Assembly (NCBI GenBank): GCA_036570185.1
Contig: DATCPH010000166.1
Coordinates: 620 to 64,619, forward strand
Origin: Candidatus Limnocylindrales bacterium
Lineage (GTDB): Bacteria; Chloroflexota; Limnocylindria; Limnocylindrales; CSP1-4
Length of the DNA: 64,000 bases
Direction: 5' to 3'
Positions within the stretch are counted from its first letter, which is position 1, and each line of letters begins with the position of its first letter. The notes under the pieces are model-generated. The model was not told the origin of the DNA. It worked only from the letters and a program-made list of their open reading frames with translations, and did no database searches. Made by a program: the position numbers and the translations under genes. Of the stretch, positions 47,961-58,106 are shown piece by piece.

Positions 47961-50303
47961 ATGCCCCCGGATACGACGAGTTTCGAGCGACTCGGTCGGC
48001 TCGTCGTGCGGCGACGCCGATGGGTCGTGGCAGGCTGGGCAATCGCGCTCGTGGTCGCCGCCCCGCTGGCGCTTCGAGTCGGTGGACTCCTGCGACCCGG
48101 CGGCTTCACCCTCGACAACCTGGAGTCCGCACGAGCGGAGCGTCTCCTCAGGGACGAGCTCGGCACGCCGTCGTCGGCCGTCGTCATCCTCCTGCACTCC
48201 GATACGCTCGCAGCCGGCAGCCCTGCTTTCGAGGCGGCGGCAGCGAACGCGACGGCCACGGTTGCCGGCGTGCCCCACGTCACCGGCATCGCCTCGCACC
48301 TGCTCGCGCCACGCCAAGTCTCGGCAGACGGCCACACCGCCTACGACGTCGTGTTCCTCGACTATTCGGCTGACGATTCGCCCGCGGCCCTGCCGATCAT
48401 CCAGTCACGGATTCGGGACGTCCCGGATCTCACAGTCGGCATCGCCGGGGGTCCGGCCTTCTACGGCGACGTCCAGGCGGTGTCGGAATCGGACCTCCGT
48501 CGGAGCGAGGTCATCTCGCTGCCCCTCGCCGGTCTGGCGCTCCTCCTCGTCTTCGGCTCGGTAGTGGCGGCCGCGCTGCCGCTGGCGGTCGGCGGGGCGG
48601 CGGTCGCGATCGCGCTTGCCTCGATCGCGGTCATCGCCAGCCTCACGCCGATGAGTATCTTCGTCCTCAACCTCGCGACGCTCCTCGGCCTTGGTCTCGG
48701 CGTCGACTACTCGCTGCTCATGACGAGCCGCTTCCGCGAGGAGCTTGCGGCGCGGCGAGGAGCCCCCGGGCCGGCGGCTCATTCAGTCGTCGACGCGGCG
48801 ACGATCGAGGCCGCCGTCGTTGCGACGGTCGCCAGCGCCGGTCGAGCGGTGTTCTATTCCGGCCTGACGGTGCTGCTCGGCCTCCTCGGCCTGGTCCTCT
48901 TCGAGTTCATGATCCTGCGCTCGGTCGGGATCGCCGGCGCGGCAGTCGTGGCGCTGGCCGCGTCCGCGGCGTTGACGCTGCTTCCGGCGCTGCTCGCGAT
49001 GGTCGGCGACCGGATCGATGCCCTGAGCATCCGCCGTGTGACCGTCGCAGCCGACGGCGACGGTCCGTGGGCTCGCCTCGCCCACCGAGTCATGCGCCGG
49101 CCGGTCGCGGTCCTGATCCCGACCCTCACGTTCCTGTTGGTGCTGGGGCTTCCATTCCTGCACGTCCGGTTCAACGCACCGGACGAGACGATCCTGCCCG
49201 CCAGCGTTCCGTCGCGGATCGCCTACAACCTCCTCGCCAAGGACTTCGGTGAGGGTGCCTTCGCACCGCTCGAGATCGCCGTCCGCACGACGGGGCCCGC
49301 CACGGGTCCTGCGAACGTCGCGCTCCTCTATCAGTACTCGCGCCGCCTCGCGGCCGATCCGCGCGTCGCGCGGGTCGATAGCGTCGTCGACGTCGATCCC
49401 CGACTGACGCTTGACCAGTACCAGGTCATCTATGCGAATCCGGCCGGGCCGCCCGATCGCTTCCTGGCGGCGACCCTCCAGGCCACCACGCGGGGCGACC
49501 TTACGTCCTTCACGATTACGACGCCCTATGGACCCAATCGGCCGGAGGCGCACGCCCTCGTCGCGGACCTTCGGGACCCCGCGAGTACGATCGCCCCGCC
49601 GCCGGGGCTCGCCGTGATGGTCGGTGGCGGGGCGGCCGAAGTCAGCGACGTCGTCGCCCGGGTGGCCGCCGACTTCCCACGAACGGCGGTTTTCATCGCC
49701 ATCACGACCTACCTGGTCCTGTTCCTGCTCTTGCGGTCCGTCGTCCTGCCGGCGAAGGCATTGCTGATGAACAGCCTCTCGATCGTGGCCTCATTCGGCG
49801 CCCTCGTCTGGATCTTCCAGGATGGCAACCTCTCCTCGCTCCTGGGTTTCCAGCCGCTGGGTTTCGTCGAAACGACCCAACCGGTGATCCTGTTCTGCGT
49901 CCTCTTCGGCCTGTCGATGGACTACGAGGTCTTCTTGCTGACCCGAATGAAAGAGGCGTGGCAGCGGACGGGCGACAACCGGGAGGCGGTGGCCGCCGGC
50001 CTCGAGCGAAGCGGCCGGATCGTGACGTCGGCGGCACTCATCGTCATGGTCGTCGCCGGATCGTTCGCGTTCGCCGACATCGTCCTGATCAAGGCTCTCG
50101 GACTGGGGATGGCGATCGCGGTCGCCCTCGATGCGACCGTCGTGCGGGCACTGCTCGTGCCGGCCACGATGCGGCTGCTGGGGCGCTGGAACTGGTGGAT
50201 CCCCGTCCGGCTCGAGCGCTGGCTGGCCTCGTGGGGACCGACGGCCGAGAGACCGACCGCCGAGCTGGCCGGCCCGGGTCCGAGCAGGGGTCGCCTGCCA
50301 TGA
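47961..50303 (+). CDS. MMPL/RND-superfamily membrane transporter (MmpL-like)
   Basis: The product has twelve TM helices with two large extracytoplasmic loops and conserved MMPL blocks (GLGVDYSLLMTSRFREEL, GLSMDYEVFLLTRMKE). AGGA precedes the ATG at 47961. Confidence 0.85.
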   Translation: MPPDTTSFERLGRLVVRRRRWVVAGWAIALVVAAPLALRVGGLLRPGGFTLDNLESARAERLLRDELGTPSSAVVILLHSDTLAAGSPAFEAAAANATATVAGVPHVTGIASHLLAPRQVSADGHTAYDVVFLDYSADDSPAALPIIQSRIRDVPDLTVGIAGGPAFYGDVQAVSESDLRRSEVISLPLAGLALLLVFGSVVAAALPLAVGGAAVAIALASIAVIASLTPMSIFVLNLATLLGLGLGVDYSLLMTSRFREELAARRGAPGPAAHSVVDAATIEAAVVATVASAGRAVFYSGLTVLLGLLGLVLFEFMILRSVGIAGAAVVALAASAALTLLPALLAMVGDRIDALSIRRVTVAADGDGPWARLAHRVMRRPVAVLIPTLTFLLVLGLPFLHVRFNAPDETILPASVPSRIAYNLLAKDFGEGAFAPLEIAVRTTGPATGPANVALLYQYSRRLAADPRVARVDSVVDVDPRLTLDQYQVIYANPAGPPDRFLAATLQATTRGDLTSFTITTPYGPNRPEAHALVADLRDPASTIAPPPGLAVMVGGGAAEVSDVVARVAADFPRTAVFIAITTYLVLFLLLRSVVLPAKALLMNSLSIVASFGALVWIFQDGNLSSLLGFQPLGFVETTQPVILFCVLFGLSMDYEVFLLTRMKEAWQRTGDNREAVAAGLERSGRIVTSAALIVMVVAGSFAFADIVLIKALGLGMAIAVALDATVVRALLVPATMRLLGRWNWWIPVRLERWLASWGPTAERPTAELAGPGPSRGRLP

Positions 50304-51532
50304 AGCGAAGGCGGATGCGGATGCGGATGCGTGGAGCCGGCGTCCTGGGCGCGCTCGCAGTGCTGATCGGGGGCTGCGTGGGTGGCCCGATCCTCGCAAA
50401 CGCACCGGCGCCGCATCCGACGACGGCACCCGCCAGCCCATCTCCAAGCCGCGAGCCCGACCCCGTGCCGGTGGTCCTGCCCCGCGACGACGCGGCCCAC
50501 GATCGCCTGAACGAGTGGTGGTACTACACGGGCCACCTCCGAGACGAGACGGGCCGCCGGTGGGGATTCGAGTTCGTGGTCTTCCGAGCCGAGCGGGGCG
50601 CATTTCCGGTCACCTGGGCGTCGCACCTCGCCTTCACCGACGAAACCGACGGCACGTTCCACGATGCCCAGCGCAGCGAGATCGGTCCTCAGGTCGATCG
50701 AACCGGACCGGGCACTGCGGGGTTCGATCTCGCCATCGCCGGTGGTGGCCCTGCACCGACGGGCGGGACCACGCCGTCGGCGCCGGCTGCATCTGCGCCG
50801 TGGTCGATGGCCGGCTCGGGGGGCACCGACCGTCTCGACGCCGCGTTTGCGCCTGGCGAGGCGGTGGCCGCGGGCCTCCCGGCGCAGCCAAGTGGCGCGT
50901 CCGGAGCAACCCCGCTGGGGCTGACTCTCGACCTCCGGGCGACCAAGCCCGCGGCTCTCCACAACACGATCGGCTGGATCGATTTCGGGCCTGCGGGTTC
51001 CTCGTACTACTACTCGAGAACGAGGATGACGGCCACGGGCTTCATTACCCTCGACGGCCGGCGGCTTGCCGCAGACGGCATCGCCTGGTTCGACCACCAG
51101 TGGGGCGACTTCATCGCCGTCGGTGCCGGCGGCTGGGACTGGTTCGCGTTGCAGCTCGGTGACGGCGAGGACATCACGCTGTCGCTGGTGCGCGACCCGA
51201 CGGGCGCGAATGCCCTCGTCTACGGCACCAGCGTCGATGCGGCCGGGGGTGCGACACATCTCGCCGCGGCGGACTTCACCGTGGAGGTCACCCGCCACTG
51301 GCGAAGTCCCCTGACAGGCGTCGACTATCCGGCCGGCTGGACGGTCCGGGTCCCGGGAGAGGGGCTCGTGATTGCACTGACGCCCAGCGTTCCAGACCAG
51401 GAGCTCGACACCCGCGCCACAAGCGGCGTCGTGTACTGGGAGGGCTCGCAACGCGTGACCGCAACGCGATCAGGCAAGCCCCTGGGGGGCGAGGCCTACG
51501 TTGAACTGACCGGCTACGACTCGACACCATAG
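50300..51532 (+). CDS. Lipoprotein with an AttH/CrtC-like (lipocalin-like hydratase) domain
   Basis: Its ATG overlaps the mmpL TGA as ATGA. A signal peptide with lipobox (LIGGC) is present. The LNEWWYYTGHL motif is typical of the AttH/CrtC family. Confidence 0.7.
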   Translation: MKRRRMRMRMRGAGVLGALAVLIGGCVGGPILANAPAPHPTTAPASPSPSREPDPVPVVLPRDDAAHDRLNEWWYYTGHLRDETGRRWGFEFVVFRAERGAFPVTWASHLAFTDETDGTFHDAQRSEIGPQVDRTGPGTAGFDLAIAGGGPAPTGGTTPSAPAASAPWSMAGSGGTDRLDAAFAPGEAVAAGLPAQPSGASGATPLGLTLDLRATKPAALHNTIGWIDFGPAGSSYYYSRTRMTATGFITLDGRRLAADGIAWFDHQWGDFIAVGAGGWDWFALQLGDGEDITLSLVRDPTGANALVYGTSVDAAGGATHLAAADFTVEVTRHWRSPLTGVDYPAGWTVRVPGEGLVIALTPSVPDQELDTRATSGVVYWEGSQRVTATRSGKPLGGEAYVELTGYDSTP

Positions 51533-51556
51533 ACGTCGGGCGGCCGAGCATCGAGG

Positions 51557-51997
51557 TCAGTCCGTCGTCGCGTACTGGTCGCGCCGGAGCCAGATCCAGA
51601 GGGCGATCAGGAAACGAGCCACGAGCGACAGGCCGTAGGACGCACACCAGACACAGACGGCGTGGATGACGGCAACCTGGAGGTAGGTAAAGCGGATCTC
51701 GAAGATGACGCCGAGTAGCGACAGCCCGTAGTGCGCGGCGAGGAGCGGGATGCCCCCGCGGCGCCACCAGGCCAAGGCGAGGAAAAACAGGACCAGCGAC
51801 AGAACGACCCCGCCGACAGCCACGGGCACTCCGTTGATCCTGGAATATTCCGAGGCGGCCACGGTCTCGCAGCCGCGCAGGGGGCCGCACGACGGCAGCT
51901 GTCCCTGGAGCTCGACGAACGAGAGGTAGCTCGCAACGGCGAGGCCGAACAGATCGAGCGCCATGAGCACGAGGGCCGGGTGGATGCGGCGAATCAC
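51557..51997 (-). CDS. Vitamin K epoxide reductase (VKOR) family protein
   Basis: A four-TM protein with loop cysteines (CGPLRGC) and an active-site CxxC (CVWC). Confidence 0.8.
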   Translation of the reverse strand: MIRRIHPALVLMALDLFGLAVASYLSFVELQGQLPSCGPLRGCETVAASEYSRINGVPVAVGGVVLSLVLFFLALAWWRRGGIPLLAAHYGLSLLGVIFEIRFTYLQVAVIHAVCVWCASYGLSLVARFLIALWIWLRRDQYATTD

Positions 51998-52009
51998 GAA
52001 AGATCGATC

Positions 52010-52831
52010 TCAGGACGGCGCAGGAGCCGAAGATCCCGATGAACCCGGCAACGCGGCCTGGATCAGCGCCGCGAGATCCGCATAGGTGCGCGGGAGGCCG
52101 ACGATGGCCTTGCCGTTGATCACGAATGTCGGCGTCGACGAGATCCCGGCTGCCTCGGCCTTCGTGGTCTCGGTCGTCACGGCCGCCGCCCGCGCCGCCT
52201 GCTCGCGACAGGCATCCCAGGTCGACTTGTTGAGCCCGATCGCTGCAGCCATCGACTCGAGCTTGTCGTTGGTGAACGCTCCGGCATTCTCACCCGCCTG
52301 GTTCCAAAACAGGACGTCGTGATAGTCCCAGTACTTGCCCTGATCTGCGGCGCAGCTGGCTCCGATCGCGGCCTGCGTCGATTCATCGTTGCTGCCGCCG
52401 GTGCCGCGGAAGTCCAGGTCGTGCGGCACGACCTTGACCTGCCCCGTTTCGATGTATTGGGTCAGCAGCTGGGGGAGGTACGTCCGGGTGAACTGCCCGC
52501 AGTATGGGCACTGGAAATCGGAGTAGATCTCGAGGGCGACCGGGGCGTCGGCCTTCCCGAGCACCTCGCCGTTCTGGAGGCCGACGGGATATGTCGTGGT
52601 CGGCATGATCAGTCCCGAGCCTGACACGGACCCGGTCGACTTCTGGTTCAGGACGACGATGAGGGCGACGGCCGCGACTACGATGGCCGCGGACAGCAGC
52701 GCGATCGGCGACCGCCACGCCGGGGTGCGCGATGGCGCATGACGGCGCGGCCGCGTTCGAGCCCGCTCGACTCGCTCGACGCGTCGTCGGTCCGCGCGCG
52801 ATGTGACGGGCTCGGGGCGATCAGGTGACAC
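52010..52831 (-). CDS. DsbA-like thioredoxin-fold thiol:disulfide oxidoreductase, membrane-anchored
   Basis: An N-terminal TM anchor is followed by the CPYC active site. It is adjacent to VKOR, the typical actinobacterial disulfide-forming pair. Confidence 0.8.
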   Translation of the reverse strand: MSPDRPEPVTSRADRRRVERVERARTRPRRHAPSRTPAWRSPIALLSAAIVVAAVALIVVLNQKSTGSVSGSGLIMPTTTYPVGLQNGEVLGKADAPVALEIYSDFQCPYCGQFTRTYLPQLLTQYIETGQVKVVPHDLDFRGTGGSNDESTQAAIGASCAADQGKYWDYHDVLFWNQAGENAGAFTNDKLESMAAAIGLNKSTWDACREQAARAAAVTTETTKAEAAGISSTPTFVINGKAIVGLPRTYADLAALIQAALPGSSGSSAPAPS

Positions 52832-52919
52832 GAAGTGATTTCCTCGGTGGGGGGCGTGCCGGACGCCCGGTCAGCAGTGCGATCACCGTAGCATCGCAGG
52901 CCGCAGGCCGCCCGCGGCC

Positions 52920-52948
52920 TCGACAATCTACCTGAGACTCGGTATCAT
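52920..52948 (+). promoter_or_regulatory. Candidate promoter TCGACA-N17-TATCAT ending 8 nt before the zur ATG (leaderless or near-leaderless transcript)
   Basis: The hexamers and spacing fit sigma-A. A TACC-N8-GGTA partial palindrome overlaps the spacer and could be the Zur/Fur-family box. Confidence 0.4.
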
Positions 52949-52956
52949 CTCGCCTC

Positions 52957-53403
52957 ATGGCAGAACGCGGAGCAGTCGTCGCAGCACTCGACCGAGGTGG
53001 CCGTCGCTTGACGGAGCCGCGGCTCGCGGTGGCCGCCCTGATCGCCACGCGACAGGGCCACTTCACCGCCGCCGACCTCGTCGCGGACGCCCGGGCGAAC
53101 CGCCTGCGCATCGGGCGGGCCACGATCTTCCGAAGCCTCGAGATGCTCCTCGAGCTCGGAGTGGTCGAGCGCATCGATCTCCCGACCGGCGAGCACGCCT
53201 ACGTGGGCTGCCAGCCGAGCCACCACCACCACATCGTCTGCTCGAACTGTGGCCGTTCGGCCGACTTCGACGACGCCCGCATCTCGGCGGTCGTTGCCGA
53301 CGCCGCACGACGGACGGGGTTCCAGATCGAGTCCCACCGGCTGGAGCTTTTCGGCCTGTGCGCTGTGTGTAGCGCTTCCACTGCGACGGGAGGCGATCGG
53401 TGA
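52957..53403 (+). CDS. zur: Fur-family metalloregulator, probably Zur
   Basis: The HHHHxVCxxCG and CxxC zinc-site motifs are present. It lies directly upstream of the TroA/ZnuA-type transporter. Confidence 0.75.
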   Translation: MAERGAVVAALDRGGRRLTEPRLAVAALIATRQGHFTAADLVADARANRLRIGRATIFRSLEMLLELGVVERIDLPTGEHAYVGCQPSHHHHIVCSNCGRSADFDDARISAVVADAARRTGFQIESHRLELFGLCAVCSASTATGGDR

Positions 53404-54308
53404 GATTGCGAAGCCCGCTCGGCCTGGTGGCCGCGATCTCGCTGATCCTGGCGGGTTGCGCCAGTTCGACCACGGCGGGCCCACCGAACGCACAACTGTT
53501 GACGGTCGTCACGACAACCACTGTCTTCGCGGACATCGTGAAGAACGTCGGTGGCGACCTGGTCAATGCTGTCAGCCTCGTCCCCAGGAACGGCGATGTC
53601 CACACCTTCGAGCCCAAGCCGGCAGACGTCCGCACGGTGTCGACGGCCAAGCTGCTGATCATGAACGGACTGGGACTCGACGACTGGGTCGAGAAGACGA
53701 TCACCAACGCCGCGGCGACGGGCACGCCGCTGATCAAGCTTGCCGTCGACGTCCCGGGTGTCGAGCTCCTTCCCGGTGAGGATCCGGCCACCCAGAACCC
53801 CCACCTGTGGATGGACGTCAAGTACGCGGAGCTGTATGTCGATCGCATCGCCGCCGGGCTCAAGAGCATCGATGCGGGGCACGCGAGCCAATACGACGGC
53901 CAGGCTGCCGCCTACAAAGGACGGCTCGACGCCCTCGACAAGAGCGTTCGCGACCGGATCGCGACGATCCCGGCGGCCAATCGGAAGCTCGTCGTCTTCC
54001 ATGACGCATTCCCGTATTTCGCCCGCGAATATGGGATCGCGATCGTGGGGGTTGCGGTCGAAGCGCCCGGACAGGATCCGAGCGCGGGCTATACCGCAAG
54101 GCTGATCACGGCGATCAAGGCGGCCGGCGTCAGGGCCATCTTCTCGGAGAGCCAGTTTCCAACCAAGCTCGTCGACCAGCTCGCCAGCGAGACAGGCGCC
54201 ACGGTCGTTTCTGACCTGTATGACGATGCCCTCGGCGACCCACCGGTGACGAGCTACGAGGCCGTCATCACCTGGGACGTCGACGCCCTCGTGAAGGCAC
54301 TGAAGTGA
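53400..54308 (+). CDS. znuA: Metal (Zn/Mn) ABC transporter substrate-binding lipoprotein (ZnuA/TroA family)
   Basis: The lipobox is LILAGCASS. The cluster-A-1 binding protein fold is recognised. The start overlaps the zur stop. Confidence 0.8.
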   Translation: MRLRSPLGLVAAISLILAGCASSTTAGPPNAQLLTVVTTTTVFADIVKNVGGDLVNAVSLVPRNGDVHTFEPKPADVRTVSTAKLLIMNGLGLDDWVEKTITNAAATGTPLIKLAVDVPGVELLPGEDPATQNPHLWMDVKYAELYVDRIAAGLKSIDAGHASQYDGQAAAYKGRLDALDKSVRDRIATIPAANRKLVVFHDAFPYFAREYGIAIVGVAVEAPGQDPSAGYTARLITAIKAAGVRAIFSESQFPTKLVDQLASETGATVVSDLYDDALGDPPVTSYEAVITWDVDALVKALK

Positions 54309-55177
54309 CCGCGCCTCATTTCACGCGCCCGCAGGCAGACGGAACGGCGAGCATCGGCTCCGCTGCCGGGCCTCCCGCGGTCGCGCTTCGCGATGTCACC
54401 ACCGGGTACGACGGGCGCACAGCGCTGGAGGACGTCAGCCTGGAAATCGCGCCGGGCTCGCTCGTTGCGATCTTCGGGCCGAACGGCGGAGGCAAGACGA
54501 CCCTCCTGAAGCTGATCGCCGGTGTCATGCGCCCGTGGTCTGGGACGGTCACGGTGCTGGGAGCCGGGCCAGGCGGAGCCGCGCGCCGGATCGCCTACGT
54601 TCCGCAAGCGGAGGTCGTGGACTGGTCGTTCCCGGTAACCGTTCAGGACGTGGCCATGATGGGCCGCTACGCGCGCCTCGGGCCGTTGCGCCAGCCGTCG
54701 GCCGTGGACCGTGAGGCGGTCCAGGCCGCGCTGCGGCGGGTCGGGATGATCGATCGCGCCCGAAGCCAGATCGGCGGCCTATCCGGTGGGCAGCGCCGCC
54801 GTGCATTCCTGGCCCGTGCCATCGCCGCCGAGCCGGAGCTGTATCTCCTCGACGAACCGGTCACCGGCGTCGATGTGCCGACCCAGGAGGACCTGATGGA
54901 GCTCCTGACGGCCGAGTCGGAGTCGGGCCACACGGTCATCGCCACGACGCACGATCTGGCCGCCGCAAGTCGCCATTTCAACCAGGTCGTGGCCATCAAC
55001 CGCCGCCTCGTCGCGGCTGGGTCGGTCGACCTCATCGGCGATCCCGAAGTGCTGTCCCAGACGTACGGCGGGCACTTGCTCGTGATCGGAGAGCGCGCCG
55101 TCCTCCTGGACGATGCCCATCATCACGATTCGGAGAGTGGGGGCGAGCGCCACTTTCACGAGGAAAGCGGGCGGTGA
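54305..55177 (+). CDS. znuC: Metal ABC transporter ATPase (ZnuC-like) with a His-rich C-terminal tail
   Basis: GPNGGGKTT, LSGGQRRR and a C-terminal DDAHHHDSESGGERHFHEE tail are present. Confidence 0.85.
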   Translation: MTAPHFTRPQADGTASIGSAAGPPAVALRDVTTGYDGRTALEDVSLEIAPGSLVAIFGPNGGGKTTLLKLIAGVMRPWSGTVTVLGAGPGGAARRIAYVPQAEVVDWSFPVTVQDVAMMGRYARLGPLRQPSAVDREAVQAALRRVGMIDRARSQIGGLSGGQRRRAFLARAIAAEPELYLLDEPVTGVDVPTQEDLMELLTAESESGHTVIATTHDLAAASRHFNQVVAINRRLVAAGSVDLIGDPEVLSQTYGGHLLVIGERAVLLDDAHHHDSESGGERHFHEESGR

Positions 55178-56049
55178 ACCCCATCGCGGCGCTGCTGGAT
55201 CCGCTCGCATTCCCGTTCTTCGTCCGGGCCCTGCTGGCGGCATCGATCGTCGGCGTCGTCTGTGCGGTGGTCGGCAGCTATATGGTCCTGCGCGGCCTGG
55301 CCTTCATGGGCGACGCGCTGAGCCATTCGGCGTTTCCTGGCGTCGTCGCGGCGTACCTGCTGAAGGGTCCGTTCTACGTCGGCGCGACCATCGCAGCCGT
55401 GGCAACGGCCCTCGCGATCGGCTGGGTCAGCCGCCACGGTCGCCTCCGCGGCGACACGGCGATCGGTGTCCTGTTTGCCGGAATGTTCGCCCTCGGCATC
55501 TTCCTGTTCAGCCTCATCCCGAATTACGTCGGGGACCTGTTCGGGTTTCTCTTTGGCGAGATCCTGGGCATCGGGATCGCCGATCTCGTGGCGCTCTCGG
55601 TGCTCGGGGTCCTCGTGCTCGTGATCGTGGCCGTCTTCTGGAAGGAATTCCTGTACTCCACGTTCGATCCGCTCGGTGCAGCCGCGGCAGGCCTACCGGT
55701 GGTCCGGCTCGACTACCTGTTTCTGGCCTTGATCGCCCTGACGATCGTGGTCAGCCTCCAGGCGGTCGGGATCATCCTCGTCGTGGCCATGCTCGTCACC
55801 CCGGCGGCGACCGCCCAACTCCTTACCCGCAGCTTCGGTCGCCTCGTCGCGGTCGCGGTGACGATCGGGGTGCTCTGCCCGATCCTCGGTCTGTACCTCA
55901 GCTACTGGCTCAATGCCGCGAGCGGCGCAACCATCGTGCTCGTCGAAACGGGCGCATTCATCGTCGCCCTGGCCCTGACGACGCGGGCCGATGGCCTCCC
56001 GGGGCGGCTGGCCAGGCGATCCAGTCGAGGAGAGCCGCCCGCCGCCTGA
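55174..56049 (+). CDS. znuB: Metal ABC transporter permease (ZnuB-like)
   Basis: The product is a polytopic membrane protein of the ABC-3 family. Its start overlaps the znuC stop. Confidence 0.85.
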   Translation: MNPIAALLDPLAFPFFVRALLAASIVGVVCAVVGSYMVLRGLAFMGDALSHSAFPGVVAAYLLKGPFYVGATIAAVATALAIGWVSRHGRLRGDTAIGVLFAGMFALGIFLFSLIPNYVGDLFGFLFGEILGIGIADLVALSVLGVLVLVIVAVFWKEFLYSTFDPLGAAAAGLPVVRLDYLFLALIALTIVVSLQAVGIILVVAMLVTPAATAQLLTRSFGRLVAVAVTIGVLCPILGLYLSYWLNAASGATIVLVETGAFIVALALTTRADGLPGRLARRSSRGEPPAA

Positions 56050-56138
56050 CCATCCGTCGCCCTCGGCAGCCCCCGCGTCGATCCGTGGCCGGCGCCCGCC
56101 CGTATGATCGGTTTTGAGGGATTCCCCAGAGGAGGCCG

Positions 56139-58106
56139 ATGGGCCAGCACCGGTTGACGTGGGTTCGCACGAGCGCCAAGGGGGTCGCCGTTGCCACGTT
56201 GGGCGCTGTGGCCGCGTTCACCCTCGTGCTCGTCCGGCCGGTTGCGATCGGCGATGCGACCGCGAATGTCAACGGCCACGCGGATCTCCTGGCGAGCGTG
56301 CCGGCCGAGGGTGACAGTCTCTCCGCGTCGCCGCAGCGACTCCGCCTGGCCTTCGCCGAGGCCGTCGATCCCGCCTTCTCTTCGATCGACCTCGTCCAGG
56401 CCGACGGGGTGGCGATCCTCGACCACGCCGGGGTACCGGATCCGCTCGATCGCCGGATCCTCGAGGCGCAGGTTCCCGAGCTCAAGGGTGGCGTCTACCA
56501 GGTCCGATGGCGGACGCTGTCATCAGGCGACGGCCACGCCGCCTTCGGCTCGTACGCCTTTCGCGTCGTCGCGGTGATCGCGCGAGCCTCCGCGGCACTA
56601 CCCGCCTCGTCGGGATCGGTGGACCAGGTCGCCCGCATCGGCCATGGTGGTCACGGCGACACGCTCGGTCGGACGCTCGGGTACCTCGGGACGATGCTCG
56701 CGCTCGGCCTGGGTCCGTTTGCCTGGCTCGTGGTACGGCCAACCCTCAGGCGGATTCCCGACAGGCTGGCTCGGCTCTCGGCGGTCGCCCTCGTCATCGC
56801 CGCCATCGGCGCCGCCCTCCAGCTCGTCCTCGAGGCGGGAGATGTTGCCCAGGCAACGGTCGGGCCGTTCGATCCCGTCCAATTCGCGGTCGGCAGCCAG
56901 GCAGGACAGCGCCTGGTCCTGAGAATTGCCGTCTCGCTCGCTGTCGCCGCCGGCGTCTGGAGCCTCGCCGGGCGCCGTCCGCGCCGACCGGGAGCCGGCG
57001 TCCTGCTCGGAGCGGGCGGTGGCGCGGTCGGAATCCTCCTCATGGCACTCAGCAGCCATGCGGCCGGGAGCGGATCCGTGGCGCTCGTGGCCGTCGATCT
57101 CATCCATCTGGCCGCCGCCTCGGTCTGGTTGGCAGGCGTCATCACGCTCGCGATGACGATGGTCGGCCGGCGCGGGAAGCGTCTGCCGCGGCGCCTGCTG
57201 AGTGCGGCCATCCCGCGCTTCACCGCCGTGGCCCTTGCGGCGCTCGCGATCACCTCCGCGTCGGGGATCCTCCAGGCCTGGCAGGAAAGCGGAACTCTGC
57301 TGCCTTCAGGCGACACGTACGGCCGGACCCTGGTCCTCAAAGTCGCCATTTTCCTGATTGCGATCGGTCTCGGGGCCGCGAACATGCTCGATGCCGGCCG
57401 CGGCAAGCGCTGGCTGGGAGGGACGCGCGACCGCCTGGCCTTCGAGGCATATGCCGCCGCGTTCGTCGTGGTTGCCGCGGCGCTCCTCGCGGCCGACACT
57501 CCGAGCGGACTGGTCCGACCGGTGGCGCTCGCTCCCCTTCCCTCGGCAACCGCTCCACTCCCATCCGACCGCGCGGCGGACGGGATCGAGCTGGGGCTTC
57601 GACCCGGCCGGCCGGGCCCGAATCACTTCGTGGTCTCCGTGCTCAAGGCGTATCCCGAAGGGACCTCGGTCACGGTCTCGTTCGTCCGCGCCGATACGAC
57701 CGAGGGCCTCACTGCTCCACCGCCGCCGCCCACGTCGCTCCGGCTCGCCGTGACCCCCGGATCGGACGCGGTGAGCTACGTCGGAGACGGCGACCAGTTG
57801 GATGCTGACACGTCCTGGCAGATCAACGTGGTGGTCCGCGATGGCGCGGGCGCGCTGACTGCTCGCCGGCGGTTCGAGGCGGTGCTTGGTCCGGACTCAC
57901 TGGAATCGGGTCGGCTCGGAGTTTCGGTCGATCCCTCGACGATCCTGGCGGGATTCCTGGTCCTCTTGGGCGCTTGTGCGATTGCGCTGGGTTTCCGCGG
58001 ACGGCGCCTGCCCCGAGCGGATCGTGCCGCGAGCCACTGGGCGCTCACCACGGGCGGCGCCCTTGGGGCCCTCCTCGGAGTGGCCGCCCTGGCGCTCCCG
58101 CGTTAG
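56139..58106 (+). CDS. Copper resistance CopC-CopD fusion protein (YcnJ-like)
   Basis: The N-terminal CopC beta-sandwich (HADLLASVPAEGD ... YQVRWRTLSSGDGH) is followed by an about 8-TM CopD domain and a C-terminal extracytoplasmic domain. Confidence 0.8.
   Translation: MGQHRLTWVRTSAKGVAVATLGAVAAFTLVLVRPVAIGDATANVNGHADLLASVPAEGDSLSASPQRLRLAFAEAVDPAFSSIDLVQADGVAILDHAGVPDPLDRRILEAQVPELKGGVYQVRWRTLSSGDGHAAFGSYAFRVVAVIARASAALPASSGSVDQVARIGHGGHGDTLGRTLGYLGTMLALGLGPFAWLVVRPTLRRIPDRLARLSAVALVIAAIGAALQLVLEAGDVAQATVGPFDPVQFAVGSQAGQRLVLRIAVSLAVAAGVWSLAGRRPRRPGAGVLLGAGGGAVGILLMALSSHAAGSGSVALVAVDLIHLAAASVWLAGVITLAMTMVGRRGKRLPRRLLSAAIPRFTAVALAALAITSASGILQAWQESGTLLPSGDTYGRTLVLKVAIFLIAIGLGAANMLDAGRGKRWLGGTRDRLAFEAYAAAFVVVAAALLAADTPSGLVRPVALAPLPSATAPLPSDRAADGIELGLRPGRPGPNHFVVSVLKAYPEGTSVTVSFVRADTTEGLTAPPPPPTSLRLAVTPGSDAVSYVGDGDQLDADTSWQINVVVRDGAGALTARRRFEAVLGPDSLESGRLGVSVDPSTILAGFLVLLGACAIALGFRGRRLPRADRAASHWALTTGGALGALLGVAALALPR

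Noticed and set aside
47141-48337. 398-aa minus-strand ORF spanning the kamA-mmpL intergenic region and the mmpL 5' end
   Set aside because: Extremely Arg/Pro/Ser-rich with no motifs. Partly antisense to mmpL.
49922-51451. 509-aa minus-strand ORF
   Set aside because: Antisense to mmpL and the lipoprotein gene.
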